Source of the DNA: Felis catus
Lineage: Eukaryota
DNA length: 64,000 nt
Assembly: GCF_018350175.1 (NCBI RefSeq)
Contig: NC_058369.1
Location: 15,750,001-15,814,000, forward strand
Direction: 5' to 3'
Part shown: one piece after another, positions 1-11,458 of the stretch
Layout: each line of letters opens with the position of its first letter
How positions within the stretch are numbered: the stretch's first letter is position 1
Position numbers and translations under genes: made by a program
Notes under the pieces: generated by a model
The model's database searches: none
Told to the model about the DNA's origin: nothing
What the model saw: the letters and a program-made list of their open reading frames with translations, nothing else

Positions 1-353
1 CCTGGCACAGCTTCTTCCCCAAATGTCACAATAACCCCCTTCTCAACTGCCCGGAGGGCTCTCCCCAGAGGTCTCCGGGGTGAGGTCAGTGCGCCCCAAA
101 CCGCCCCCCTCCCACCGCCAACAGGTACCCTTGGGTTCTCACCAGCCTGGCCCCGGGGGACACTCACTCGACCTCTGAGGCCCTGAAGGAACTTGAGTGA
201 ACTCAGTCCTGCCCCATCCCACCCCACCCCACCCCGCCTACTGCTGGAGTGCCTGGAGAGGTTAGCCCCGGTCCGTGGTGGGGTGGGCACCGCACAGGAC
301 ACTGACTCGGGCACGGGCCGCGTCCCGCAAACGCTCTCTGTCTGAGGCAGACT

Positions 354-367
354 CGTGCGCGCGCGTG

Positions 368-409
<42 letters not shown>
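354..409. repeat. (CG/TG)n(CA)n microsatellite
   Basis: Uninterrupted purine-pyrimidine alternation. Confidence 0.95.
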
Positions 410-410
<1 letters not shown>

Positions 411-2787
411 CTGGAAGCATCCTGCTGGAAGAAGGGGGGGGGGTCTCAGCATACACAGTGGCACGTGCAAGGTCAGTGGCTGGCAGCAAGCGTCCGGACC
501 ACGTGCTCAGACAGCCCTCTGTCCACCACCTTCACACCCACTGCGCAGCCGTGATTTGTGCTGGAAAACCGGTGTGCCCGGCCGACGGCGCAGTCTGGGC
601 GGCACGGCGGGCGGCCCTCAGCCATGCCCGGGGATCCCTGCGCTCAGCTGAGCTCAGGACCTGACCTGATACCGTCCCTGGGACACCAGGAATTCAAGAG
701 AGCATAGCGGCTGAGGCCCAGAGCTTCTGCCTGGAGGCGGCAGGCATCACCTCTGCCTGCAGGGGATTCTCCGCCCGCCCCTGCTGACATTTCACTGCCA
801 GGCGAGTCCCACGGCCAAGCCCACGACCACGACCACGGGGGCGGGACATTCATCCTTCCACAGGGAGAGGCACCGACACGGACAGGTCGGGATGCAAGAT
901 GTGCCCGTGGGGAGCGGCTGCAGATGGTCTACCTGAAGGTCCCCCTGAGCAGCCAGGGGCTCTCCGCTTGGGGGCAGAAAGGGGTGGTTTAGAGCAGACG
1001 ACACCCAGCGGGTCTCCGCGAAGCCTGTCCCGGCTGTCACTCGCCTATGGGGCCGTGGCGTCGGCACACGTGGTGGTGCACCTGCACGGACGGCGCGGTG
1101 TGCACAGTGTGGGGGATGCGACAGGCAGCTTCCCCGGGGTCAGGTACACAGGCAGGTGCAGCCTGCTCCCACCCGCGAGCCCTCCTTCCCACTCCTCCCT
1201 GCACCCCGTCTACCATGGCCCTGGTCACCCCGGGCCTTCCTTCTCTTCTCTGGGTCCTCTCTCTCCCTGGGCTGAGGGCCCTTTGGAAGTAGGCCCGGCG
1301 CACACGGGGCGGCCGCTGCCGTCTGCGGGAACCACGCGGTGCGCTCGCCGCCTGCTAAGCGACAGACGTAGGGGTGCAAACTGCTCGCGTGGAAATTCAG
1401 AAGAGGGCGGAGAAATGCTGACAAAGGGAAGAACCGAGGACAGGTCCCGGAGGGCTGGAGACCGGGTCACGCATGGTGTGGCAGATGCTGGGTTCGCAGG
1501 GCGCCCACTGCTGACTTACAAGGCCCCTCTGTCCGGGGGTAGAGCCGGTGCTGCCCAGGGAGAGGCCTCTGGCCTCCCAGGAAGCCTCCGGCACGAGACG
1601 GGGCTTCAAGATGTCACGCCCACTCGCCACCGGGCTCAGCAGCCCCTCTGGCATTTAGCTCTGTCGGCTGCTGGAGGGTGAGACGGCTGTCAGGCACTGC
1701 CGCGAGTGGGTGGTGGCGGGGCCAGCACAAGGAGCTGCCTAGATAACCAGGCACCCACTAGTACCCAGCTGCCCGGCCGGAGCTGTCCGCACACAGTCCC
1801 CGTCGGCCAGCCGTAAGCGGCGCAGCCCGTCTTCAGACACCCTGCCCTGCAGGGGCGGAGCGTGGCCCTGAGCAAGTGGGCACTCCAGAGGCAGGAGAGG
1901 CAGGAGAGGCCGTGTGGCTCCGGGTGGGGTCGTCACTCCGAGGTGGTTCCAGCCTTGGCTTTATGGCTGTGACTCTGGTGCCCTTCCCTCCTCCGAGGTC
2001 TGTTGTCCCTCCTCCACGCGGGCGAAGGGGGCGGAACCAGATGGGCTCCAGGCGGCGCTGGCTTGAGGAGGCAAGGTGTTTCAAAGGACCCTCCACGGCC
2101 TTCTCCACTCTTGCCAGGGAAGGCACGGCGAGAACATGCCTGCTGCTACTGAGGGCAAGCCTGGTCCCTCGCTGTCCCAGTCTGACCTCCTCCCTGCCCG
2201 CCTCCTTCCCTCGCCCTGGCAGCCACCGGCTTCCAGATCCAGAATCACAGGTCAGTCAGTGCAAGAGGGTGTTCAAGGGACTGACTATACAACCCCCACT
2301 TGACGCCCACGGACACGGGGCTCCTGAGGAGCAGAAAGGGCCCGAGGCCGCTCAGGCCATTTGCTTTCATCCTCGTCCAAAGTGCAGACACCGTGCGAGA
2401 GAAGCAAGTAAGCAGGGATGGAATAAACTCCGACGCTGTAGTTGGTTCTCTTGGTTTTCCAGCATCGAGGATAAAAGATGTCCTAACCTGTCATTCCTCT
2501 TCCTCCAGCTCCCCATCTCCGACCACGACAAGCCCTGATGACCCGTGGGTACATGCTTCCCAGGGTAGGTCCCCAGCCCCTGCCGGCCCAGGCTGAGACC
2601 CTGCGTGAGGGAGCTGAGCAAGGCAGGCATGGGCGGGTGACGCCCTCTCGAGGGTAACGATTAGGGGCATAGAGGTTTCTTCTCAAGGGCTTTTCAAACT
2701 GTGGCTCGCGACCCGTTTAGTGGGTCATGAATCAATTTAGTAAGTTATGACCAACGTTGGAAGAACGTGAGCGGAAAGTACCAATAT

Positions 2788-3005
2788 GGGGCGCCTGGGT
2801 GGCTCAGTCGGTTGAGCGTCTGACTTCAGCTCAGGTCATGATCTCACGGTTCGTGGGTCCGAGCCCCGCCTCGGGCTCTGTGCTGACAGCTTGGAGCCTG
2901 GACCCTGCTTCGGATTCTGTGTCTCCCTCTCTCTCTGCCCCTCCCCCACTCGTGCTCTCTGTCTCTCTCTCTTCCTCAAAAATAAACATTAAAAAAAATT
3001 TAAAA
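2788..3005 (+). mobile_element. Carnivore SINE (felid SINEC type)
   Basis: ggggcgcctgggtggctcag head, (CT)n, A tail; TSD aaagtaccaat at 2775 and 3006. Confidence 0.93.
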
Positions 3006-6000
3006 AAAGTACCAATGCAACAGTATACCGCACGTTGTAAGGGTTAGTACTGTTTCACGAGGCTCTTGCTTTGCCTTTCTGTGCATGCACGCAACCCCTT
3101 GGGTGGTCCTGTAAAACGTGTCTCTTACTGTGGGATGCGGTAGAAAAGCGACTTTTCTAGATCAGGATTAAAACAAAATTTAAAATTAAATCGGAGGATT
3201 ACAAACAAGCTTGGGAATGCCAGGGAACAAAAGCAAGGCCACTAGGGGGCACCCTAACTCCTCCCAGAACAATTTCCTTCTGTTGCCACTGCGGTGTTTT
3301 TCTCAGAGACAAGCTCGCTGCCCACAGGCCCTTCCTCCTCTCCTTGCTCTGGCCACAGGAGCCCACTGCTAGCTATGGTGACCGCTGACGACGTGTACAC
3401 CCTCTCCCGCTGAGTTTCCATCCAGAGCCTGTGGTCGGGAGAGTTGAACTTGGCTCGAGGCACGCACACCTGTTTGTCAACTTGCTCCACCCTCTGGGGC
3501 TGGTCACCTTGGCGTCCCTTGGGGGGTCCTGCCCCGCCAGTCTATGCTCAATAAATGTCTAGACTGTGTGCCCTGGGTAAGCTGGTTTTCTGTCCCAAAT
3601 GTCCCCAACAGAGGACATGACCAAGGTTCTACTTTAGAACCAAGTTAAGAATAAAGGGGACCAGCGGACGGTGAGGAAATCCCTGGCAATGCAGTCCAGG
3701 GGTCCATGCCTGCTTGGGTGAGGGGTCACAGGTGAGGTCCCCCCGGCTTGGTTCTCTACAATAGTTTCCGCTCACAAATCAAAATGTCTGCCTTTTCATT
3801 TAATTACTGTATAATTTCAATCCTGCAAGCTGCCTGGGGAAGCAGGTCCTCTGGCCCTTGGGACTGGCTGAGGAAGGCAAGGTGCCTGAAAAGCCACCCC
3901 CCCGTGGCCTAAGTCTCTTGCTGACATCCTTCCTAGCCTCGCTAAGCAGCCCTTTTCACTGTGCCCGATTACCCAGGGTCCACAGTCCCCAGGCCAGCTT
4001 CCGGCTCTCTGCTTACGACGTGCTGCCCAATTCGGCCGCCACCAGCCTCAAGGGGCCATTTGAACTCAAACTCATCAAAAATTTTAAAACGCCAACAACT
4101 TGGCTCCTTGGTTGCAGTGGCCACACTTCAGGTGCCCCACGGCCACCGTGTGGGGGCAGCGCGGACGCAGGACACGTCCGTCCTCGCAGACAATGCTCGT
4201 GAACAGCACCGGCTTGCAGCACAGGGCTGAGCTGCGCGGGGAACCGCAGTGTGGGACCCGGGGGCATTTCCACATTTTACTGTTCAAAGTAAATTCCCAG
4301 TAGTTTTCCTTTTAGTCAGTGGCTTCCTTTTTTACCCAAGTACCAAGCGATGAAGAACACTTGTTGGTATTTTGATTTCTAATTACTTAGTAACCGCGGT
4401 CCGACCGCGACACCCAAAGCCGCATGCCTAACCTCAGAACCAAGAGCCAGGCATCACCGGGCACGCCGCTCCCAGCTCACTGCTTGGGCTATTTCTCTGA
4501 GGCTTTCGGTCCTAACTCATCCTCCACGGCCCCCGTCATCCACCAGTGCTTTGCAGCCAGACTTCTGCCAGCAGCAGTGACCGCCTCACTCCGGGGTCCT
4601 GGGATGGACACTCCCCCCGGGCTCTGGGTTGGGAACGTCAGGTGCCCGGGAAAAGCGAGCAGGTCGGCGCTGACTTCCAGGACAGATCCGCAGCAGGCGC
4701 GGCCGCTGCTTTCCGTCTGTCCTTCCCCCAGTTCTGCTTAGAAAACGTTTCAGTATTCCAGGGGGAAGTCTAGGACCTATGCCTGGGTGTCTGCCCGTAA
4801 GAATGCTTAGAGCTTGGTTTCAGAGAAAAGGAAGGTCTTCAAAACAAAGAGCACTCCCAATCGGCAGACGAGAAGTTGCAAGTGGGCGTTTTGTAAAGTG
4901 GTTGAAATAAGGTTCTGTGCCGCCCCCCACCCCGCCCCGACTCCGACGCCGTGAGCGGCTCCCTCCTCCAGCTCAGTTGCAAGTCTTTCGCTGGAGAGCT
5001 TTCCCCTAGTGAAGGGTGACGACGTGCCCCCTCAAATACCTGCCCCCCCAGCAAGCGTGCACACGGTGGTGGGGGGCACCGGGGTGAGCCCCGTCTCTTC
5101 CCACGGGGTGCAGATGCTTGCACGTCCGAGACAGCAGGGCATGGCCGCGTTGAGGGTGCTTGACAAGCTCAGGCTGTTCTCTGTTCTGTGGACTGGTCCC
5201 AAACGACACAGCTGGCCTGTCCCCGGGGAAAAAAGCTCCTCTCTCCGAAGGTCCCAAGATGAAAGGCTGGCTCACTCTGAAGGGATGTCTGTCGTAAAAG
5301 TCCTCTTTCAGAGGAGGGGTGCTTTGGCCCCGCTCGCCTGCGGTGTTTGGTTCAGCCCGTTCACCGTCCACTGGCCCGTGTCCCCCCACCGTCCGCCCAG
5401 AGGCAGACACCCCGCATAGCCTCCCGGCTCCTGCCCTCAGGAGAACATCTCGTTCGTGTGTACCAGTGTGGTGGGAGCGTTTGAACTAGTTCGTTCAAAA
5501 GGCCTTGAACATCCACTGGCGGTCTCCCAAGCTTCTGCTGGGACCCCCCAGATAGCTCCACACTCACACGGACCCTCGTGACCTGGCGGCTCCGGGGGAC
5601 AGGAGTGTCACGGGCAAGCGAGCTCCTCTCTCGACCCTTCTGCTTACTCATCTGTGAAGGACGAGGGCTGGACGGCTAGGTGAGACGCACCCAGCGCGGA
5701 GCCTGGCTCCTAGTGGAGCTGAGTGCTAGTCCCTAGGTCCTAGGCCGTGCCTGGCCCCTGCTCCCAGTGCCTGACACCCTGCCCTTAGGAAGAGCCACAG
5801 GAGCCCGTGTGACCAGCAGACGTGCACCGGCCACGGTGGGGACCGGGCTGAACGCGGTGCAGGGTCAGGGGAGGGAGGCCTGGTGGCTCAGCGCGAGTCT
5901 GCTGCTGGGAAAGCAGAAATGGAGTCCACACCCCCAGAGACCTGGGTTTGTATCCTGGAAGCGCCAGTTTTTAGCTGTGCACACGCAGGGCTGTTATTTT

Positions 6001-6490
6001 GGCTGGGGTCCTCAGTGTTTCCATCTATAAATGGGGACAGCACTGACTTTGCAGGGCTGCCGTTTTTTTGAGTGGGGGTCAGTGGCTATCAAGCATATCC
6101 AGAACCCAGGCCACAGCACGCACTTTGCAGTGGTCCAGACCCAAACGGTTCCAAAGGGACAGGATTAGAGAGTGAAGTAATCTTACGGTACAAATGCCAC
6201 CATCGTCAGTGGGCTGCCTGGGCCAGACCTACTTACTGCTCCCCTTCGGTTTATAAACAGAAACCCTCTCAGGTCCTGACAGATGACTGCGTCCACAGCC
6301 AGGCGGCAGGGAGGGTAGCGCATCGGAGCCGCTGCTCCCTATCTCTGATCTCCCAAATTACGCGCGTGCAGGCAGGTCATGTGGATTCTGATGTACGAGG
6401 CGGGGGTAGGGCCGGGTCTCTTATGATCACCAACCAAGGGCTCTCAGAAGATATTCAACGGAAACACGGACCACATCACAGACAGGTAGA

Positions 6491-6549
6491 GGCAGACCTT
6501 GTGCTGTGAACGTTCATCTCTGCAACACGTCGACAGCGCCTCTCCACTG
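6491..6549 (+). other. CXCR6: Putative CXCR6 non-coding exon 1
   Basis: gcagaccttg...catctctgcaaca...ctg|gtgagt donor; resembles my recollection of the human CXCR6 5'UTR; would splice to 9570. The 5' end is approximate. Confidence 0.7.
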
Positions 6550-7072
6550 GTGAGTCATCTGTCTTCTTTAGAGTTAAAAGGCAGGTGCTAACCCCGGCTT
6601 GCTGGGGTCCTCTGATCCCTGCCCGCGGTGCAGTACCGTGTAAATGCCCAGACTTTAGAGCCCGACCGCTCTCGGTCTGAATTCTGCCTTTGCCCCACGA
6701 CTAGAGAATTGTGGAAATGACTTAGCGGGGTTCGGGGCACACAGTCCGTGCTCGTAAGCTGACGGCACTGGGGGTACCCTCCCCGGGAGACCAGGACAGG
6801 CTGGCCACTGTCCACATCTGTTCACGGAATAATCTCTCCATCTCCATTTTCGTCTCTTCTTCATTATAATTTACAACACTGGCTGCTCTCTCGGGCGGCT
6901 GTCTAGTTTCTTTTCTCAAGGTAAGTCAATATACCACTGCAGAGACTTCAGAAAAGGAGAGACTTAGGGGGAAGGGAAAGAAGTCAGCCCCGACTCCACA
7001 GCCAGACGCAAGCTGCTGATCAATTCTGGGCTTTTTTTTTTTATAAATGTTTTAGAACATATAGTCAAAACT

Positions 7073-7163
7073 GGGGTGCCTGGCTGGTTCAGTCGTGGAG
7101 CGTGCGACTCTCCATCTCGGGGTTGTGAGTTCAAGCCCCACGTTGGATGTGGAGCCTACTTAA
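7073..7163 (+). mobile_element. Short, older carnivore SINE
   Basis: ggggtgcctggctggttcag...gagttcaagccccacgttgg tRNA-like head; no full tail. Confidence 0.75.
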
Positions 7164-8960
7164 GATATATGCACATCTGAGGAAAAGGTCTGTGGCTTTT
7201 AGGAGATTCTCAAAGGGGTTTATGATCAAATAAAGTTCAGAATCATGACCAATTTTACATCCTTTTGGACATCCATTCATTGGAATACATAACAGCCAAT
7301 GCTAATTGTGCAGACTTACTCTGTTGTGAGAAATTTAAGCGTACTGCTTTCTCCCGACTCACTAAAAGCACTTCCTAAACCTAAACATAGTTTGAGCTAT
7401 ATTCTATTGTCTGTCTGAGTTGTAACTTGCTGATTTGTTCAGTATCAGACATTTACACTGCTTCCAAAGCTGAATACTGTATTACTTAAAAAAAAAAAAA
7501 AAAAAGTTGCATAGATCAACACAGGGCTTTGGCTACTCAAGACAAAGAAATGAATGATCTTAACCTTTCTGGAAGGGAAACTCATTCTCAGCTACTCAAT
7601 CTGCACAGAGCTGGGCGGTTTCCAGTCCGTCGGCACAGCACCCAAGTTTGCCAATTATCACAAGCGAGTTTGCACGGGCCCTTTGAGGGAACGTGTAACG
7701 CCAGCACCAGGAGGATTTTCTTGTAAAAAGGCAAGAGGGAGGCAGGCAATAATGGAGATGTGATGTTACTCTTAAGGAGAGCAGAGCCGCCTGTGCACAT
7801 GCTAAGAGCTGAAAAAGATGTTTCTGTCCCCGCGTGAAGCAGGAACACACACACACATCATCTGACCTACTTAACCCAGGAGTCCGAACGGCTGGCGGGG
7901 TAGCGTTATTACGGCTGGCCTGCCACCCTTACTGATCTCACATCTTGTGGTTGAGGGGCAGGGGCTTTTCACGGAGGCGTCTTACCCCAAGGCGAGCTTC
8001 CTCCTTGCAGAGAAAGGGCACTCTGTTCCTAGGAGGACCGGCAGGGCTGATACCAGTCCTCAAGTCAATCAGAAAGGAAGACGTGATCTCTCCTTGTACA
8101 CGCCCTTGTCCGGCTGGCTGACATTCTGCCTTTGCTGCACCAAATGCCTGTTCTTCTCGAAATGCCTTCTCGAGGTGCTAGCGAGGTATGGCCCTGGGTC
8201 ACCGGAAATGAGCCGCTGCGTGCCGGCTCTCTGCAGGTCAGTGACCTGGCTCCCCAGGGCCGGTGCTGCCGTAGCTGCCTCTGCTCTCACGCCCGAGTAC
8301 ATCACCCTTGCGTCCTGTCCCTGCTCCTCGGCAGGGTCACAGGGCAGAGGGAAGTGACGGCCCTGAAAGGCCGGGAGCCCCGGGCAAGAAAGGCGGCTGT
8401 GGTGGCCGTTGCCTGCCTCACTGCAAGGCTGGCCCCCCGCTGGCGGGCCTTCCATTTGTTCAAGGAGACCCCTTGGGCATAAACTGCTAGTCTCGAAAGC
8501 TAAAGTGATGTTCCCTTCTGGGGAGATGCTCCATTTAAGAGGGTCCTGGGGATCAAGAAGTCTTCAGGAAACCAGGCTCCGGTGGAGGAGGGTCGTGTGA
8601 CGGGCGGTGAGGGGCCGGCTGGGCTGGGGCTGGGCTGGGAGGGCAGCTGCCCACTTCCCCGGCCGTGACCAGCTCAGCCACAGTGCTGGGCAGCCGGGGC
8701 TTCCCATGCCTGTCTCCCCACCTCCTAAATCTAGGCAGCTAAGGGCAAGAAAAGACAGAACGGACCGTCTACCCTGGTGGGAGAGGGTCAGCCCGCGAGC
8801 CCCTGTTGGTCTGCAGAAGTCTCCTCAATGGTGGAGCCCCCGGGGAGGGGGGCTACTTGGCTTAGCTTCCGCAGTTAGCAGCTCAGGGCTCTCATTCAAC
8901 AGAAAATGAGGCCCAGGATGGGCGGACGAAGGCAGGCCTGACCATGAGAGAGCAGTTCTT

Positions 8961-9205
8961 GGGGCGCCTGGGTGGCTCAGTCGGTTAAGCTTCCGACTTC
9001 GGCTCAGGTCATGATCTCGCGGTTTGTGAGTTCAAGCCCCGCGTCGGGCTCTGTGCTGACAGCTCGGAGCCCGCAGCCTGCTTCAGATTCTGTGTCTCCC
9101 CCTCTCTCTCTGCCCCTCACCAGCTGGCGTGTGTGTGCGCACGCTCTCTCTCTCTCTCAAAAATAAATATTAAATGAAAGTAGGTTAAAAAAAAAAAAAA
9201 AGAAA
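8961..9205 (+). mobile_element. Carnivore SINE in CXCR6 intron
   Basis: Canonical head, (CT)n, A-rich tail. Confidence 0.93.
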
Positions 9206-9590
9206 GTTCTGCACTTCCAGGAGGGCAATGCCCACACTCCACCACATGGTGACCTTTGCCTTCAAGGCCAGCTGGCACAGGATTTTATGGACTGTGCATG
9301 GGGGTCAGCATGGGGGTCAGGTATGTGTTGTGAGGCGGGTGACAGCCTTAGAATCTTAGGGCCCATTCAGGGTCCCTCATCCCGCCCAGGCAATCGCCCC
9401 TCAGCTCTGGCTGTCTCCAGGATACTGGAATGTGCTGCCACTGACCAGAACTCAGGTGGGTGGGTTCAGGAGATGACTACGCACCCCCTAAAAGTGGGGC
9501 AACAGGACTGTGGGAGGACAGGAGGTGTCCCCCTCGGCCCTGACTGGAGTTCCTGTGTCTGCCTCCCAGGTGTTCATCAGAACGCACGCC

Positions 9591-10616
9591 ATGGCTGAGT
9601 ACGACTACGCGGACCCCGGCTTCTTCAACACCTCCAGCGACGGCAGCTGGGGGCACGAACGCTTCCTGGAGTTCCGCAAGGTCTTTCTGCCCTGCATGTA
9701 CCTGGGGGTGTTCATCTGTGGCCTGGCGGGGAACGCGCTGGTGCTGGTCATCTACGTCTTCTACCAGAAGCTGAAGAGCCTGACGGACGTGTTCCTGGTG
9801 AACCTGCCCTTGGCCGACCTGGTGTTCGTCTGCACCCTGCCCTTCTGGGCCTACGCGAGCATCCACGAGTGGGTCTTCGGCGACGTCCTGTGCAAGACCC
9901 TGCTGGGCATCTACACCTTGAACTTCTACACATCCATGCTCATCCTCGCCTGCGTCACCATTGACCGCTTCGTCGCGGTGGCTCGGGCCACCAAGGCCTA
10001 CAACCAGCAGGCGAGGCGGATGGCCTGGGGCAAGGCCATCTGTCTGTTCATCTGGGGGGCCTCCCTGCTGCTTTCGCTGCCGCAGATAATCTACGGCCAC
10101 GTCCTCTATCTCGACAAGCTCGTCTGTGGTTATCACGACGAGGAGATTTCCACTGTGGTTCTCGCCACCCAGATGACACTGGGGTTCTTCCTGCCCCTGG
10201 TCGCCATGATTGTCTGCTACTCGGTCATAATCAAGACTCTGCTTCGCGCCCGAGGCTTCAAGAAGCACAAGTCTCTGAAGGTCATCTTCCTGGTGGTGGC
10301 TGCGTTCCTGCTGACCCAGACGCCCTTCAACCTCGTGAAGCTAATCCGCAGCACGAACTGGGAGCACTACACCATGACCAGCTTCCACTATGCCATCATC
10401 GTGACGGAGGCCATCGCCTACCTGCGGGCCTGCCTTAACCCCGTGCTCTATGCCTTTGTTGGCTTGAAGTTTCGGAGGAACTTCTGGAAACTCGTGAAAG
10501 ACCTTGGCTGCCTCCCTTACCTGGGGGTCTCAGGTCAATGGAAGTCTTCCGACGATGCCTCCAAGACCTGTTCTGCCTCTCATCACGTGGAGGCCACCAG
10601 CATGTTCCAGCTGTAG
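9591..10616 (+). CDS. CXCR6: C-X-C chemokine receptor 6 (CXCL16 receptor), 341 aa, single coding exon
   Basis: 7[16 protein letters not shown]...ATSMFQL with GN, LPLADL, atypical DRF and NPVLY motifs; Kozak gccATGG; acceptor cctcccag| before 9570; nested opposite FYCO1 as known in mammals. Confidence 0.97.
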   Translation: MAEYDYADPGFFNTSSDGSWGHERFLEFRKVFLPCMYLGVFICGLAGNALVLVIYVFYQKLKSLTDVFLVNLPLADLVFVCTLPFWAYASIHEWVFGDVLCKTLLGIYTLNFYTSMLILACVTIDRFVAVARATKAYNQQARRMAWGKAICLFIWGASLLLSLPQIIYGHVLYLDKLVCGYHDEEISTVVLATQMTLGFFLPLVAMIVCYSVIIKTLLRARGFKKHKSLKVIFLVVAAFLLTQTPFNLVKLIRSTNWEHYTMTSFHYAIIVTEAIAYLRACLNPVLYAFVGLKFRRNFWKLVKDLGCLPYLGVSGQWKSSDDASKTCSASHHVEATSMFQL

Positions 10617-11452
10617 GCCTCGGCCGGGCTTGGAGAGCCGCCCAGGAGCTTATAGGAGCATGGCTGTGCACTCTGGACGCCACGAGGAAGGCTTTGTTTA
10701 GGACTTACGCATTCTCACGGAGAAGGCACGCGGCAGCCGGTGTGGGCGCCTGCTTCTCAGGCATGAACGCAATCTGCTCTCTTCTCAAACCCTCAGGCCT
10801 AAAGCTCAGGGTTGGGGGAAGGGCTCTAAAACCCGGAAGGGCTTTCCTTCCTCCATCCCCAAGAATGCTGGCTCCGAGGGAATGAAGTGCGACCCTTAAG
10901 ACCTTAGGCCCTCCTCCGTGGGGGCTGGGATCGGATGCTGAAGGGGGAGCATGGCCACAAAGCTGCTGAGGGCAGGTGACACTCCAGGCTCTCGGTACAG
11001 AAGGTTCTTCTGGCCACTGGGAAGCGGGGAGACGAGAACAGCCGTGAAAACGAGGGCTCGTCCATCGGGCTCAGACCTCAATCGCCAGGTACCTGACAGA
11101 AATGAGATCAGGTTCCGCCTCACCTTCGCGTTTCGCCTTTATATAGAGAGACGATTATGTTCTCTTCGATTAATCTCGGAAGGAGGAACACCAGGGGACA
11201 TGAACGGCCCGAACGAATTACTCAGCTGAGGGTCCCGGCGGTCCACGGGATGCTAGGAGAACGTGCAAAGCAGAGTTTACGACCATCATGGATCTCAGCA
11301 GCAGTTCTGAATCGGATTCTTGGGTGGGTTTGCTCATTTAAAAACGAAGCTGGCCAACGCCCGACGTGCTCGCACGCAGATAAATCATGTATCAGTGTAT
11401 GTAGGATACAAACGCACGCATATCAAATGGCATATGTCTTTCGTGGCTACGA

Positions 11453-11458
11453 AATAAA
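11453..11458 (+). terminator. CXCR6 polyadenylation signal
   Basis: First AATAAA I see after the stop codon (~840 nt 3'UTR), followed by T-rich sequence. Confidence 0.65.

Noticed and set aside
899..2538. 260-aa and 220-aa ORFs in GC-rich intron
   Set aside because: Non-ATG starts, Pro/Arg/Gly/Ala-rich composition, no recognisable homology or exon structure.
2757..3047. Recurrent ORFs reading WVAQSV.R.TSAQVMIS... and tRNA-like A/B boxes
   Set aside because: Translations and promoter boxes of tRNA-derived SINEs, not genes or tRNAs.
9510..9590. 27-aa N-terminal extension of CXCR6 in the ORF track
   Set aside because: Starts at GTG and runs through the intron acceptor (cctcccag, 9569); the true start is the ATG at 9591.
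9477..10268. 263-aa ORF antisense to CXCR6
   Set aside because: Typical antisense shadow of a GC3-rich CDS, with no independent start or family signature.
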